Below are positions 25,115 through 37,182 of a stretch of DNA of 64,000 bases, piece by piece (position 1 is the stretch's first letter; every line of letters begins with the position of its first letter). Made by a program: the position numbers and the translations under genes. The notes beneath the pieces were generated by a model. The model was not told the DNA's origin. It did not search any database and saw nothing but the letters and a program-made list of their open reading frames with translations. Source of the stretch: Lepidodermella squamata (lineage: Eukaryota; Animalia; Gastrotricha); assembly GCA_047495785.1 (NCBI GenBank), contig JBLDXI010000004.1, positions 682,001 to 746,000 on the forward strand, in the 5' to 3' direction.

Positions 25115-25629
25115 GCAAATTTTCGCATGACAAGTTGAGTTTGCTCGATTTTAGGGCGATTCTCGCCGAAAATGACCAGTTTATTCCCGAATCGTCACGC
25201 TTGGTTGCACATCTCGCGGATTGCCTAGCTTTTGGCGCTTTACCAAGGTGTCCGAGTTGTAAAATCGGCCGCCTGATGCTCAGTGATGACGCGAAAGGTT
25301 ACCAATGCCAGGGTGATCGAAGCGGCGGCGAGCTATGCCGATGTTCCTTCGTAACCCGAAACCCGATGCGAATTCTCATGAAGATTCCAAACGATTATCA
25401 CTTCGAAGGAATAGAACTGTTCTCCAACTACAAGTTCGTTGACCGAAGTCGCATTTTCGAGGATAGCCCAGCCAGGGGCGTATCCAGGCGGTTGTTTTGG
25501 TTGTTAAACAACTACCAAAACGAATATCGAAAAACCCCTCTCAACAACAACTTCCCGATTTTCGATCTCATTCCTTATTTTAATGCAAATCCAAGGTTCA
25601 AATTATGCAAAAATAATGCAAAATCGTAA
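25115..25629 (+). CDS. Exon encoding a PADR1 (PARP1 Zn3-like) domain
   Basis: ILAENDQ..LADCLAFGALPRCPSC..GRL....YQCQG......CSFVTRNP matches the PARP1 pattern ADGMxFGAL..CxxC.G.L...Y.C.G....C; acceptor ctctacag. Confidence 0.8.
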
Positions 25630-27150
25630 CGTGAAAATAGCTAGGGACAATTTATTGAGCCATTTTCAGTTTGCTTTTTAAAGATTTCATACAGAAAAAT
25701 CCAGCTACATATAACATGCGATGCGCGGATGGGTTCAAATACCTACTGAAGTTGTCTGTTAAAATTGCCGAATACCCTTAAATATCGGACGCTAGGATTT
25801 GTATTTTTTTGAGATTTTATCTGTTTTGGAGAAAAGCAACTACCAAACCGAAATCCTGGCTACGCCCCTGAGCCCAGCTACGCCGAAGCGAGCGAGGACA
25901 AAGTTTCCAGCCTCGGACCCTGAGCTTGAAGGTAGGATCCCAAATTTCGGGTTTTTTCGGTTATTTTTTTCCGCATATTTCCTCACGAGAGAAAAGTAAT
26001 TAACGAAAAATTCCAATTTTTTCCGAATTTCGTTAATCACCAGTGAAAATGAGAAGAATGATGAATTATTACAATAATTACCTGATAAAAATTTCGTAGT
26101 CATGTTTGCGCGCCATGGATCTTCCTATCCCTCGGATTACCCGCTTCCTAGACGACCGATGCTCGTTGTAAACCCGTCGACTGTAATTCCGCCGCTTCGC
26201 TGGCGATGAAACGCTTGCAACTTCGTGCTGATCAGGTTGAAAACGGATTAAACACGTCGAGGCTGTCGGTTTCGAATTCGGCGAGTTCCGGCGGTTAGAC
26301 CAGAGTTAAATAGCGTGCTTTCGAGTGTCTCATTTTTCGAATAGTTGGTGACTCGCTATTACTTGACGTCGATACTGAAGTTGCGATAATTCTTAAATGC
26401 GGATCGAGTGTGAACGATGGGAACGATGGGAACACTGAGCCAGTCATTCGTGAAGGAATTCGAGCAAATGTCTCCTTTGTACCAGCTTGGCCATAATCGC
26501 CGCCAGCGACATCGGAATGAAGCCAGTTCAGATCGCTGTATTACGTTCGTTCATGCGAACTGCCTAAATACGGAAAAATAAATGAAAATTAGTCAAGTAG
26601 TTAATTTCTTTGATTATTATGATTAAAAAAGTGAACCATGTAAATTACGTAAAAACCTACACAGAAAAATTATTCTGTTTTTAATTTGGACTGTTCTCAG
26701 AAAAACACAAAAATAAAAAAATAGCATATCCGAAAATAAAAAAATTAAGAAAAAAAGAGAAAAAATGCTAGGGATGGTATACTATATTTTTTACGTATTT
26801 CGATGAGAAAAACTAGTGATATTGAAATTATGATTTTTACCGCCTCGCTCCCGTCGACATTTAAATTTTAAGCGGACAACAGGAAGGGCTGTGATCGCAC
26901 ATAAACAAATTTCCAATAAAAAAATTTTTATATATTACTCATTGACAGTATTAACCTCATCAGCTCAATAAAACCAACCTTGGCATTATCTTTTTCGCGA
27001 TGTTATCGGGCAAAAAATCGGGGGTAGTGCTGCGTCTGTCAACATCTACGTCACATGGAAAGCGTAGCCAATTTTTTTCGCTTGAAAATGGTTATTGAGG
27101 AAGCGCAAGGGCCAAAAAATCGAGCTTCGTAGAAACCCGAAACTCGAACT

Positions 27151-27226
27151 ACCCTAACCCTATCCTTATTCCTGAATCCTAACCAAACCTTAAACCTAAC
27201 CCTAACCCCTAACCCCAATTCCTAAT
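27151..27226 (+). repeat. Degenerate (CCCTAA)n telomere-like tract
   Basis: accctaaccctatcc...aacctaaccctaacccctaacccc. Confidence 0.7.
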
Positions 27227-28167
27227 CACAGTATGGCTAAAAATCACGATTTCATGAGAAAAAAATATGTATAAAGGTTATTTTTCCATTAAATATGAAA
27301 TTCGTAATTTTTAATCGACCAAATCATCAAAAAACTATGATTATGCAGTCATTTTTCGAAATTAACAGAAGTTCCTATAGAGCCATGTTATTTGGGAAAT
27401 TTTTGAGTTGGATTTTATTAGGCTCGCACCTTAGGGTGGCAAATCAAATCCTTTTCTTAAAAACACATCGCCACATCCAGAACTTTGCAATTCACATTTG
27501 AAATGAAAAAACTCTGCATCAATTCTTCCAAAATATAATCGCCTAAAAAATCATTTAAATCCGAACCCCCTTTTTGTATGAGGTACGCTTTTTAATCTCA
27601 GATGTAGGGCTCTATACTGAGCTCTATATCTAAATCCTATTAAATAACCCTAATTTATTCCTATATGTTCTGAAGCGATAGAACCGGGGCGATAAAATAA
27701 TTTGTTCGAAAACAACGATTAGACAATAAAAAACTATTATTACTACTTTTTATACGACTACTTGTATTATAGCCTTGAGAAAAATCTGGAAAACTGGTGA
27801 AAAGTTTCTGATGAGTTTCTTGGCAGAAACGAAACGCAATCTCAGCGCAGCCCGAAAACCGACTCATTTCGAAAGATTAAATATTGAAAATCCAATCGCT
27901 AAAATTAAGAAAAAATCTGTCAATAATTTAGTGCTTTTTATCGACCAAATTTTTTTTCAAAATTAATCCTCCTTAATAAGCTGTTCTGAGATTGCGTCAA
28001 ACTTGCCATCACCAAGTTTTGCAGCTAAAATGACTATATTTTTGTTAGCCAATGCGCAAATGCCGTTTTCCTAAAAATGACCATAAATAAGTGGCGTCGA
28101 GCAAGCATAGTTTACTAAAATTGCAGTGCGCATCATTTAATGACAGAATTTAGAGAATAGCGTAGCC

Positions 28168-28498
28168 CAGAGTTGTCCACGGGTCGAAAAATTGAGGCCC
28201 GACCGAGCCCGTCAGTAAATATCTCCAAACCCGGCCCGGCCCGTAGAAGAAAAGTCACACGAAATTAGTATTCCTTCTTCCTTTTCGATGCTCAAAAACT
28301 TCAAAGAGACGTCATTTTTACTCGAAGTTGGCATTATATTGATGTTTTGCTACGGGAATAACTTAAAATCTTACTGTCAAATTTACTGAAAGCAATTGCA
28401 AAGAAATCCTAGAAGACGGGTTTTGAAAACCAGAGGATTGGAAAACCCATACCCGCCCAAACCCGGCCCGGGTTAAACCCGGCCCGTGGACAACTCTG
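28168..28498. mobile_element. hAT-type MITE
   Basis: TIR cagagttgtccacggg / cccgtggacaactctg; perfect 8-bp TSD gcgtagcc. Confidence 0.92.
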
Positions 28499-29092
28499 GC
28501 GTAGCCAACCCTTTTAACGATGGGCAGAACAAACTAAAATCAAAAGCCAGTGTAAAAGCCACTAATGAGGATAGTCGGATCGTTTTTAGTTGGATTGGAA
28601 TGCGACATGAATATTTTAAATGCGAAATAGGAGCATATCGAAGAGTTGAAAGAATCACGTGTCCGCTAATGACCTAATTAAGGGATGCGCATTATTAGAT
28701 CATTTGCAACCACCCTGAAAACCGAATTTTTTTTGTATTCGCACTCTGAATTTTGCTGAAATTTCGATTATTGAAAATAAAGAAAAATCTACTTAAAAAT
28801 CTAAGAAGTGAATAAAGTCGAAAAAGCCTATCCGTCACGAAGTCGTTTTTTCTCCCGATAATTTTGGTACTCGCGTAATATTGCTTATTATTGAAAAAAA
28901 TATTCCTTGCCCTTGGAAGCGAATGAAATCTTAAACCATTAAAATCTTTGAAAATGGGCTGAATTTCGATAAATAATAATTCTTAACTCATCAAGGCTTG
29001 ATTACCTCATTATTCTCCAGATTCTTCAGCCTTTCAGCATTTACTATCTCTGCATCGCACGATTTGCTTAGAATTGATTAATTTCGTACCTA

Positions 29093-29494
29093 ATGGCTCA
29101 AAAGCGGCCTCTTGGTGCTGAATCGGGCTTGGAATCGAGCTCGGAAGAGCCAATAGCTGAGTCCCGTTTCCCTCTCGGTAGAATCCCCAAGGTGGCGAGG
29201 AGCACATCAGGGGCCCAGCTCAACTACTTTTCAGTGAAGCCAAGTAATCCACCCAGGAAGAATCCGATCGACCGTAACAAGCCAGGTTGCAGTGGAACAG
29301 CGCCGCCAGGAACTTCGGCTGAAGTTCCGCCACCTAGGGCCAACAATGCGAAGACGTCAAGGCGACCGGTCTCGCCAGTTGCTTCTTTAACAGAGCCAGA
29401 CTTGCCGCGTGATATGGCTCGATCAAACGCCCTGCAGAGATCTTTCCTGGAAGAAGAAGAAACGACATCATTTGATGACAACGTAATTTTTTGA
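29093..29494 (+). CDS. Low-complexity ORF; candidate first exon of the transposase or a separate cargo gene
   Basis: ATG start, GC-richer than flanks, Pro/Ser-rich, possible donor gtaatt at ~29483. Confidence 0.45.
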   Translation: MAQKRPLGAESGLESSSEEPIAESRFPLGRIPKVARSTSGAQLNYFSVKPSNPPRKNPIDRNKPGCSGTAPPGTSAEVPPPRANNAKTSRRPVSPVASLTEPDLPRDMARSNALQRSFLEEEETTSFDDNVIF

Positions 29495-30299
29495 ACTAAT
29501 TCATTTAAGCCTAAAAAATATTTACTTCACAAATATTTCTAAATTTCATGATTTTTAATGAAACGGTTTTCCCCTTGAAATATTTCATCTATCATTAAAC
29601 GCCGCAATACAGTAAAATCTGAATTTTCATCCGAGGTGGGAGAATGCAATTCTTCATTTTTCCAAAAAAATATGCGAGTTTTGCTATTTACACTCCAGTT
29701 TTCGCAATTTATAACGCATTTGGCCAACTTTCGTCGCAAATTTATCCGATCTGAAATTATAAAATTTCACAACGGAACTTGACGTGGATTTCAAATTAGG
29801 AATTTTTCAATTTTTTCGGCTTCCCTAAATCCTCCAGGGAACACCACTTTGCCCTTTTCAAATGGTGAGTATCCGTGGTCTAAAATATCTCAATTATCCG
29901 AATCGAAGCTGATTTTACAAATTTTAAGAACGTAATTTCCTCCATAGTTACTACGCGTGATGGTACTTCATGAAAATAAATCTGCATTACCCAGCCAGAT
30001 TTTTCAGGATTTTCGAAGAAGAGACGAGATTAGAATTGGAATGAATTTAAGGGTCCGACAGCGGGCGTAGCCAAAATTTTGATTACAACTTATTCCCCAT
30101 AGTTAATTAGAAAACGTGACGATAATTCGCAATGCGTTTGAAATCGTTATTGTTGCATCTAATAACTTATCATGGGCACAGTATTTCAAACGCCATTAGT
30201 CGCCTTTAGTCACATGACAGAAACAGTTGGATATATCTGATCCTAATAATGTAGAAATTAGGCAAAGTTTTCAGAGCGAATTTATCGATTTTTTTCATC

Positions 30300-30726
30300 A
30301 TGAGCAACCTCGAAGACGACGATCGCTATTCAACGGGAGATTCTGAATATGACAGCGACGAGTCCATGAGATTAAGGGCGAAAGCCAAGCGAAAAGCTGA
30401 AGAGTATGCCTTTTATCGCCGTTTGTCATGGCACAACTATAAACGCGAGAATCCTACATTAAGTAGCCACTTTGTTCCTAACAAACTGGGTATGAATTAG
30501 CTGAATAGCAGCGCTCCAAGTAAGAATTTTCACCTTATGCACTTTTCTTGCAGAAAGAAGCGCTTCGTGCATTGAGTTTATAGCCGATCGAACCGGAGAC
30601 TGGAATATGACGTGGTATATGCTTACTGAGCTAGGGAATATACCTGCGAAACGACGATATTCAGTCAATTTGGGAAAACACGAATTCAACTTCGGAGGTT
30701 CTTTTCGAAGAAAGGACTTCAATTGA
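30300..30726 (+). CDS. Small two-exon orphan gene (~120 aa)
   Basis: MSNLEDDDRYSTGDSEYDSD..; donor G|gtatga joins in frame to cttgcag|..ERSASCIEFIADRTGDWNMTWY..*. Confidence 0.4.
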
Positions 30727-32108
30727 GCTTAAGTGCTGAACCTATCTGATTTTGCCCTCAATATTTTGATCAACAGCTAATTCACCTTATTTAATTTCAT
30801 GCTTTGATGCCATTCAAGAGGTTTCAGAAATAAATTAATTCGCCTCCGTGTAATATCGTTAGCCATGGTACAGCAAGTATTATGGCACGCTTGTAAATAG
30901 TTCAATAAAATTTCGAATAAGTCTTTTTTGCAACCATGAATTTTCCGTCTGACTTTTTTCTGTGTGATCCGTATGTCATGTTAGCAATTCCAGTCGAAAA
31001 AACACAACTAGCGTGAGTGGGGATATTTTGGAAAAAACCCATGTTTTTCGAGGATTAAAATGAATTTGAATTTGTTTTTTTTCGTCCTCCTTAAGGCATG
31101 AAATGTGATGATAAAGAATATTTCGAGGATTAAAAATCAGTCTTTAATTAGAAATCGATGATTTTAGGTTTGAGTAAGGTAATTTCAGATTGACCTGTAA
31201 TGTTTGTGAATTTTACCTGATTTTTGGCGATTGCAAAAACAATTAAGAAAAGTTGAACAATGAGCGGGTGATTTTTTGCTTAATAAAAACCATAAAAAAT
31301 CAGCGCGCAAGTTTCTTACTCGGGTATCAAGTACCCTGAAACCCTCCAATTTAGCTTGGAATTAAAAATTTAAGCTTGTAATGTATCACGACCACGATGA
31401 TACGCGATGAAGCTTCTACAGCGTGTCCACAAGTTACGCAACTATTTTTTACTTGGCATCTTTTCTACAAAATCAAACTCATTTTATTAAATTAAACCAA
31501 CTGAGAGAATATTCAATTTTTTATACGCGATTTAACCGAAGAAATCAAAAATTTACCGAAGAAAACCCGGAAACCCCCGATGGTAACTGGTTCGGAAATT
31601 TTCGGTATTTTACCCGTTTGGAAATAATATCTCCGGACTTTTTTAATCCCATTAACAACTGAAATAATTCATTGAAGTTCTCCTAATTTTTTCAAATTTC
31701 TATACATTTTTTGGTCATACTGTGTGACTTCATCTATTATTACTGAGTTTCTGAACCCTTAGCCGTGTATTTTCTAAGCATGCGTTACTTATGGGACACG
31801 CTGTAATTAACAAATGAAATTCGATGTATGTCAAATTGTGGATAAAAAGTTTTCTAAGGCCAGTTTTGCTTTTAATCTTGTTTTGAACACCCTATACCCC
31901 AACTCGAAATTATTTACAGTGTAAAATTAAAAAAATAGTAATTACGCTGTTTGAGAGCACTAAGTAAGACACATTTAGACTCGCCGAGCAAAAATAATGC
32001 GATTTCCTGAGTAAGATGTCATTTTTAATTAAAATTTAACAAATATCAACGAATTTTGTGAATTAGAAATTTCTCCAGCAATTTTCTTAAATCCTCCAAT
32101 TTTTTCAG

Positions 32109-35100
32109 GCGACTTCTTTCAACATATTTGCAAGTCCAAAGCAGGTAAAATTGGGTCGACCTGCTACCAAGCGGTACCAGGAACACGAACCGTCTGCTCG
32201 CTGCATGAGGCGAAAGCGTCGCCTAGAAGATGGTTTGCAGTTCACCACAGACGATTTTGCCAATCGAGTTATGTGTTACCACGACAAAGCTCCGGTAGTA
32301 GGAGCCTCAGTAGAATTGTGGTTTCCTGGTCCCCAAGGAACCTACGACAAGGTGGCAAGGCGCTATGGCGCAGCTGCAGAGGAAGAAGACCCCGTGGAGG
32401 CAGCCAGAAAGTTCGACAAATTATAATTATAATTCCGATATTTTATCTCTATCCTTGTAGGCTCATACGTCTTTCAACCTCTCATGTCATGAGTGGAAGG
32501 GCGACAGAAAAAATAGCAAGCGCCCATAAAGTGGTGCGCCGAGCAGTGTTGCGAGAAGAAAAATCAAGGCAAAGCAACATGTTCGATTTAACGACCAAAA
32601 AAAACACCGCTACTTACTGCCGAGGTAAATTATGAAAATAGGATAACTAACTCAATACATTAATTTCGATCAATAACACTACGATTTTGCGCGATTTTTT
32701 CCGGAAAAAAATAATTCCAAAGATTATTCTATACCGAAATTAATTCTATAAATTTATTTTCCCTTGAGAAAAGGTAATACGATAAATCAAGAAGGTTGGG
32801 CAATCTCTTCTCATTTTCCTGAAAAAAAATCAATTTTAAATGGCTAAAATTTGTTAAAAACGCGGTAGGAACTCCACAGCCCATTGAAAATCTCACATAT
32901 TTTGAATGTCATAAACGATAATTTCGGCAAAATCATAGCGACTAATGGACTTACATTTTCAGCAAATTCTCTGATTTCAGGATGAAGAGGATAACGGCGA
33001 TTGTGGTATCGAGGGTGAGTCGGTAGAAAGCGCTTTGAGAAATGAGTCGTATGAACTGCGGCGAAACGATGAGGGAAGCGAGGCTGAAGAAATTGATGTG
33101 AAGACTGAGCGTAAGAAAGGCGGCTGCTCTCGAGATGTACGACAGATGTTGTCAACATTAATCACTGTTCACGAATTAAAGCCAGAGCATCCAGTCAAAA
33201 TTCGACTTGCTCTAGACGGTACGCCTGGCCGAACAGAAGGCACGCAAGAAATGGTTCGATTCACCATCTGCCTGCTGGATAAGAAAAATCGGCCAGATCT
33301 TGCATCCGAGCATGCGATAGCGACGTTCTTCGACACAGAATGTCACGCATCAATTGCCCATTATTTCTCGGAAGCGTTCTCGCAGGTTCGATTCTCCATT
33401 ATGATTATTTAAAATAATCCTAAAATATGCGAAAAATATATTATAGAGGAAGGTCTTCAATTCAAGGCGTGCTTTTTCCTGTGTTTTAAACATGAAAATG
33501 CGCAACTATTCATTAATTTTGCGAAAAAAAATTGAAATGGAATCAAACGTAGTATAACCAAATAATTCTGAAATTAAATAGTAAAATAATAGCTTTGTCA
33601 TCAACAATCAACAAACAAAAATCAACAAATCTTCCTGGGGGAATGGTATCATTTAACGATATTTTCAATTATACGAAATCATGAATTTTGCGAATTTTTA
33701 AAAAACACGGGAAAACTTGAAATTAAAATAAATTAATAGAACGAAAAATCGGAATAAATAAAACTAAGTAAATAAAAAAAATGCCCATCTGCAATACGGC
33801 AATATCTGCACCATCTCGCCGGATAAAATACCCATCGTCATCACCCATCACTATAAAACTAAACCAATAAAACTAAACCTCCATACAATATAAGGCAAAC
33901 TCTATTCTGAATTCCCTTTGTTTAACATCGTGTCCCATAAGTAAGTGATACAAAAAACAGAGAAATACGATTATGCTAGCTAAAATGAGTGCCGAATTAT
34001 TTTCACAAGGCCATAAAAATCTTTCGAAAAATTAAAAATGACAAGAGAATGCATACTGAGATTTAAACCCATGGAAATTTGGTTCAGCCTGGTAAAATAC
34101 AGCCGATTACAGTAGGTTACATCAGGGTTTTACGTGATTTTCCCGATAAATTTCTACTTCTTCGCTAAAGCCGTGCGTAATGAAAATGGAAAATTATCCC
34201 GGCAGGATTATTTTCAAATAATTATTAGAATTTTCTGCAAATAATTGCAAACTTAAAATTTTTTGCCAATTTATGCCCAATTTTTGCCCAAATTAAGCGT
34301 GTTAAAAGTCAACTAATACAGGTCCCAAAAAAGTATTACTAATTTTTGAAAAATTAATAAAATCACGTGTTTCAGATAAATCATCTGCAAGACCATGGAC
34401 ATGATTTTGGCGGCAACCACTACGACATCGAGGCCTACTGGAGTGCCGATGTTATGGCTGTCATTAAAGTCTTTGGAGCCGGTAGTACAAATGGCGATCA
34501 TTTTTGCCCTCTTTGTACCCAGCGAAGAAGCTCTAAAAATGACGAAGACGTTAGTGACCGCCTATTCCATCGACTGGCCGTCATGGATCAAATCATGCAG
34601 AATCCCGAATGCAACCGTAAAGGGCAAAAATATATGCCTCTTCTACGGATCCGTCCTGATCACATCCTGCCCGATCCTCTGCATATGCTCGCCCGTCTCA
34701 CTGAGACTTTGATTAAATTGGTTCGTAAATAATAAATTTTCGTGAATTTCTCATGTATCAAAAATATATGAAATTTAAGACGCTTCAGCGGCTACTCGAA
34801 CTCGGCCTGACTACGGATGCTGATCGCATCAAGAATGGGCTTGAGAGAAGGGGTGGCGGTCGGCTGAAAATTGACTACACCGAGAAATCGGCGAGCCAGA
34901 AGAAGGCTTTCAAGGTCACAGTCAAGGTGACGGGCCACACCATCGCTACGAAGGCCTTCAGCGAATTCGATTTTAAACTGGCCGATATAACTGTCGATGA
35001 CAGCTCAGCCAGGCGCCAACTTCTGGAGAAGCGAACTGTGGCGACTTTAAAGTCGATGATCGCCGAAGCCCAAAGCAGTCACGCCGTACTGAGCCGAAAA

Positions 35101-35663
35101 AGGGCCAAAAAATCAGACTATGTGGAGGCTGCCATGGACTTGGGTCTGCGCTGCAATGAGGATGACAGCTCCGCCGATGACGCTGAAAACGCCCAAGTGG
35201 TTCTGAAATCCCTTGACAATGTCATCGCCCTTGGAAAATTACTTTTCAAAGCGGTGACTAATCAAGTGAAGACATTGCCACCTGCCAGCGAATTTCGACG
35301 CTTTGAAGCGATGCTCTTCGACATGCGGAAGAAGCATACTATTTACTCGCATAGTAAGTATCACCCGCTATTTTTGACGATTAAGTAATTTATTTCTTTG
35401 CAGTGATGGGTTCGCACGTGCACAGCCATCTGGCTGCTGGCCTTGACCTCGTGGCATTGGGCACTTCTTCTATTGAGCGCGGCCATCGAGTACTCAAGCG
35501 CGTCCGCGAGGCAATGTCGACGCAGCAAACCGGCGTTGTCACTGCGATCGACGTGATGAAATACGAGAACAGGCGCCTATGCGCATTCATTTACGACAAA
35601 AAGTTTAATATTATTGTCCACGAAAGTGCCGCAGGAAGAATTATTGAACTGCAAAAACGCTGA
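32109..35663 (+). CDS. RAG1/Transib/Chapaev-like DDE transposase, multi-exon (core exons 32981-33385, 34376-34720, 34780-35353, 35404-35663)
   Basis: VKIRLALDG (D1); YWSADVMAVIKVFG..FCPLC (D2 + CxxC); GQKYMPLL..PDPLH; IYSH|MMGSHV (HxxxxH); LGTSSIERGHRVLKR (E). Same order as the RAG1 core; core exons join in phase. Confidence 0.85.
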
Positions 35664-36859
35664 TTTAATCTTCTAGTTAGTCCTGAATTCGTAACTCTAG
35701 TGATAAATGAAAGTGTAATGTTGTAAATAAATAGATTGAAATGATTTTCGGCTGAAATTCGATGTGATCACAGTTGTGTTATTGAACTATGTAGCAAATG
35801 TTAGATGACGCCCTCGATTAATATCATTTTTTTCATCTAATATTTTCTACAAATCCTTCTCATCAATTATGGCGGAAATTCAGAAACTAATGTAGTCAAT
35901 CGTGTCGCATTTCAATTGACAATGCCTCCATGACTTCGTGTCTTACTAAGATGGCGTGAAATATTGAAACTCGGTCTGATTGTAGATATACTCTTTATAT
36001 AAACCTATCAATCTTGTAGCATCAACTTTGAAGCATATCAACTTGAGAATAGTGATAATTTGATATCACTTCAAAAAATATATTAACGCAGACCGGAATC
36101 ACTCGTCTTCTGATAAACCTAGATGGTAAATTCTCATCATGATTTACCCCACTTGAGTTGATGATACCAATTGATGAATTCGAAACGAATACAGTTATAG
36201 CAACTGGACTAGATACAGACAAACATTTCAATCAAAATCAACTCACTTAAATACTTATCGACTCACGACATGGTGGCAACCTGTTGCTTATCTTCATCAT
36301 TTATGTCCGCAGTCAATCGCTCAATTCTTCAATCCTCCGCCGTATTATTGAAAGAGGTGACGATGTTAACTCAGCAGCAGCATTCACACAGCAAATTCGA
36401 TCCGAATACCAGCAGAAGTAACGCCAAGATCATTTTCAAGTCAAAGCTTTCACTCAAACTGAGCAAGAGTTATCTGAGTAGGACATCTTCTAACTCAGAA
36501 AGTCGAAATTAAGCAAAACTGTTAACGCCGACACCTAGTTAACACAAGTAAAAGACATTTCATTTCATCATTTCACCACCGATATGGGCAGGAACTTCAA
36601 AATGTCCTTTCAAAGTGTTATGGAAACTTTAAACAGCCAAATGCCAGCTAAAACTTGCGTGCAGTCACGCAGCTCGCAAATCTCCCGCCACGGGTGAAGG
36701 ATTTAATTATAAGAAAATAATTTTTTTCCAACGAATACATTTTTTTTATAACAAATCAAATTCTTTTCCAAGAGCTAATTTTATTTTGTTTTGATTTACC
36801 GCAGCCACTATTAGTGATTTGAGCGAAAATTAATATGTGAACGGCGGCGCCCGTATGAA

Positions 36860-37182
36860 TGTTTCCGCGGCAAGGCGATTTCCGTCGCGATTTTCGACAG
36901 CAAAGCGGTCCGCCACGTCGGTATCAACCTGCACCTCGCCAGCAGTCACCAAGCCGATTTCCTGACCGTTTTCAGGAGCGCCCGCAGCAATTTCGCGGAC
37001 GACAGCGATCAGGTAATGATAATAATAACGAAGAGGGTTGTTGGCACTGCCACAAACCGGGACATTTTAGGCGAGATTGCCGGTCATATAGGCAGGACTT
37101 AGAGCGGAATAGTCGCCAGCCGCCTTACCAGGGAAAAGGGGGGCGGCCGGCCTCAAGGCGCCAAGGTCGGCCGAACTATTGA
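36860..37182 (+). pseudogene. gag: LTR-A gag C-terminus with CCHC knuckle
   Basis: CWHCHKPGHFRRDC; slippery G GGA AAA at 37131-37137 followed by a GC stem. Confidence 0.85.

Larger units (their letters stand above)
13596..36857 (+). mobile_element. Giant (23,262 bp) TIR DNA transposon with RAG1/Transib-like transposase and cargo
   Basis: Perfect 22-bp TIRs CATACGGGCGCCGCCGTTCACA (13596-13617 / 36836-36857); 2-bp TSD AA; excision restores the gag frame (..ISR-MFPR..). Confidence 0.92.

Noticed and set aside
26100-26565. GC-richer exon-like block on the minus strand
   Set aside because: All three frames hit stops; no recognisable product
13596-36857. Maverick/Polinton or Helitron identity for the giant element
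   Set aside because: No pPolB, capsid, retroviral-type integrase or Rep/helicase; TSD is 2 bp rather than 6 bp
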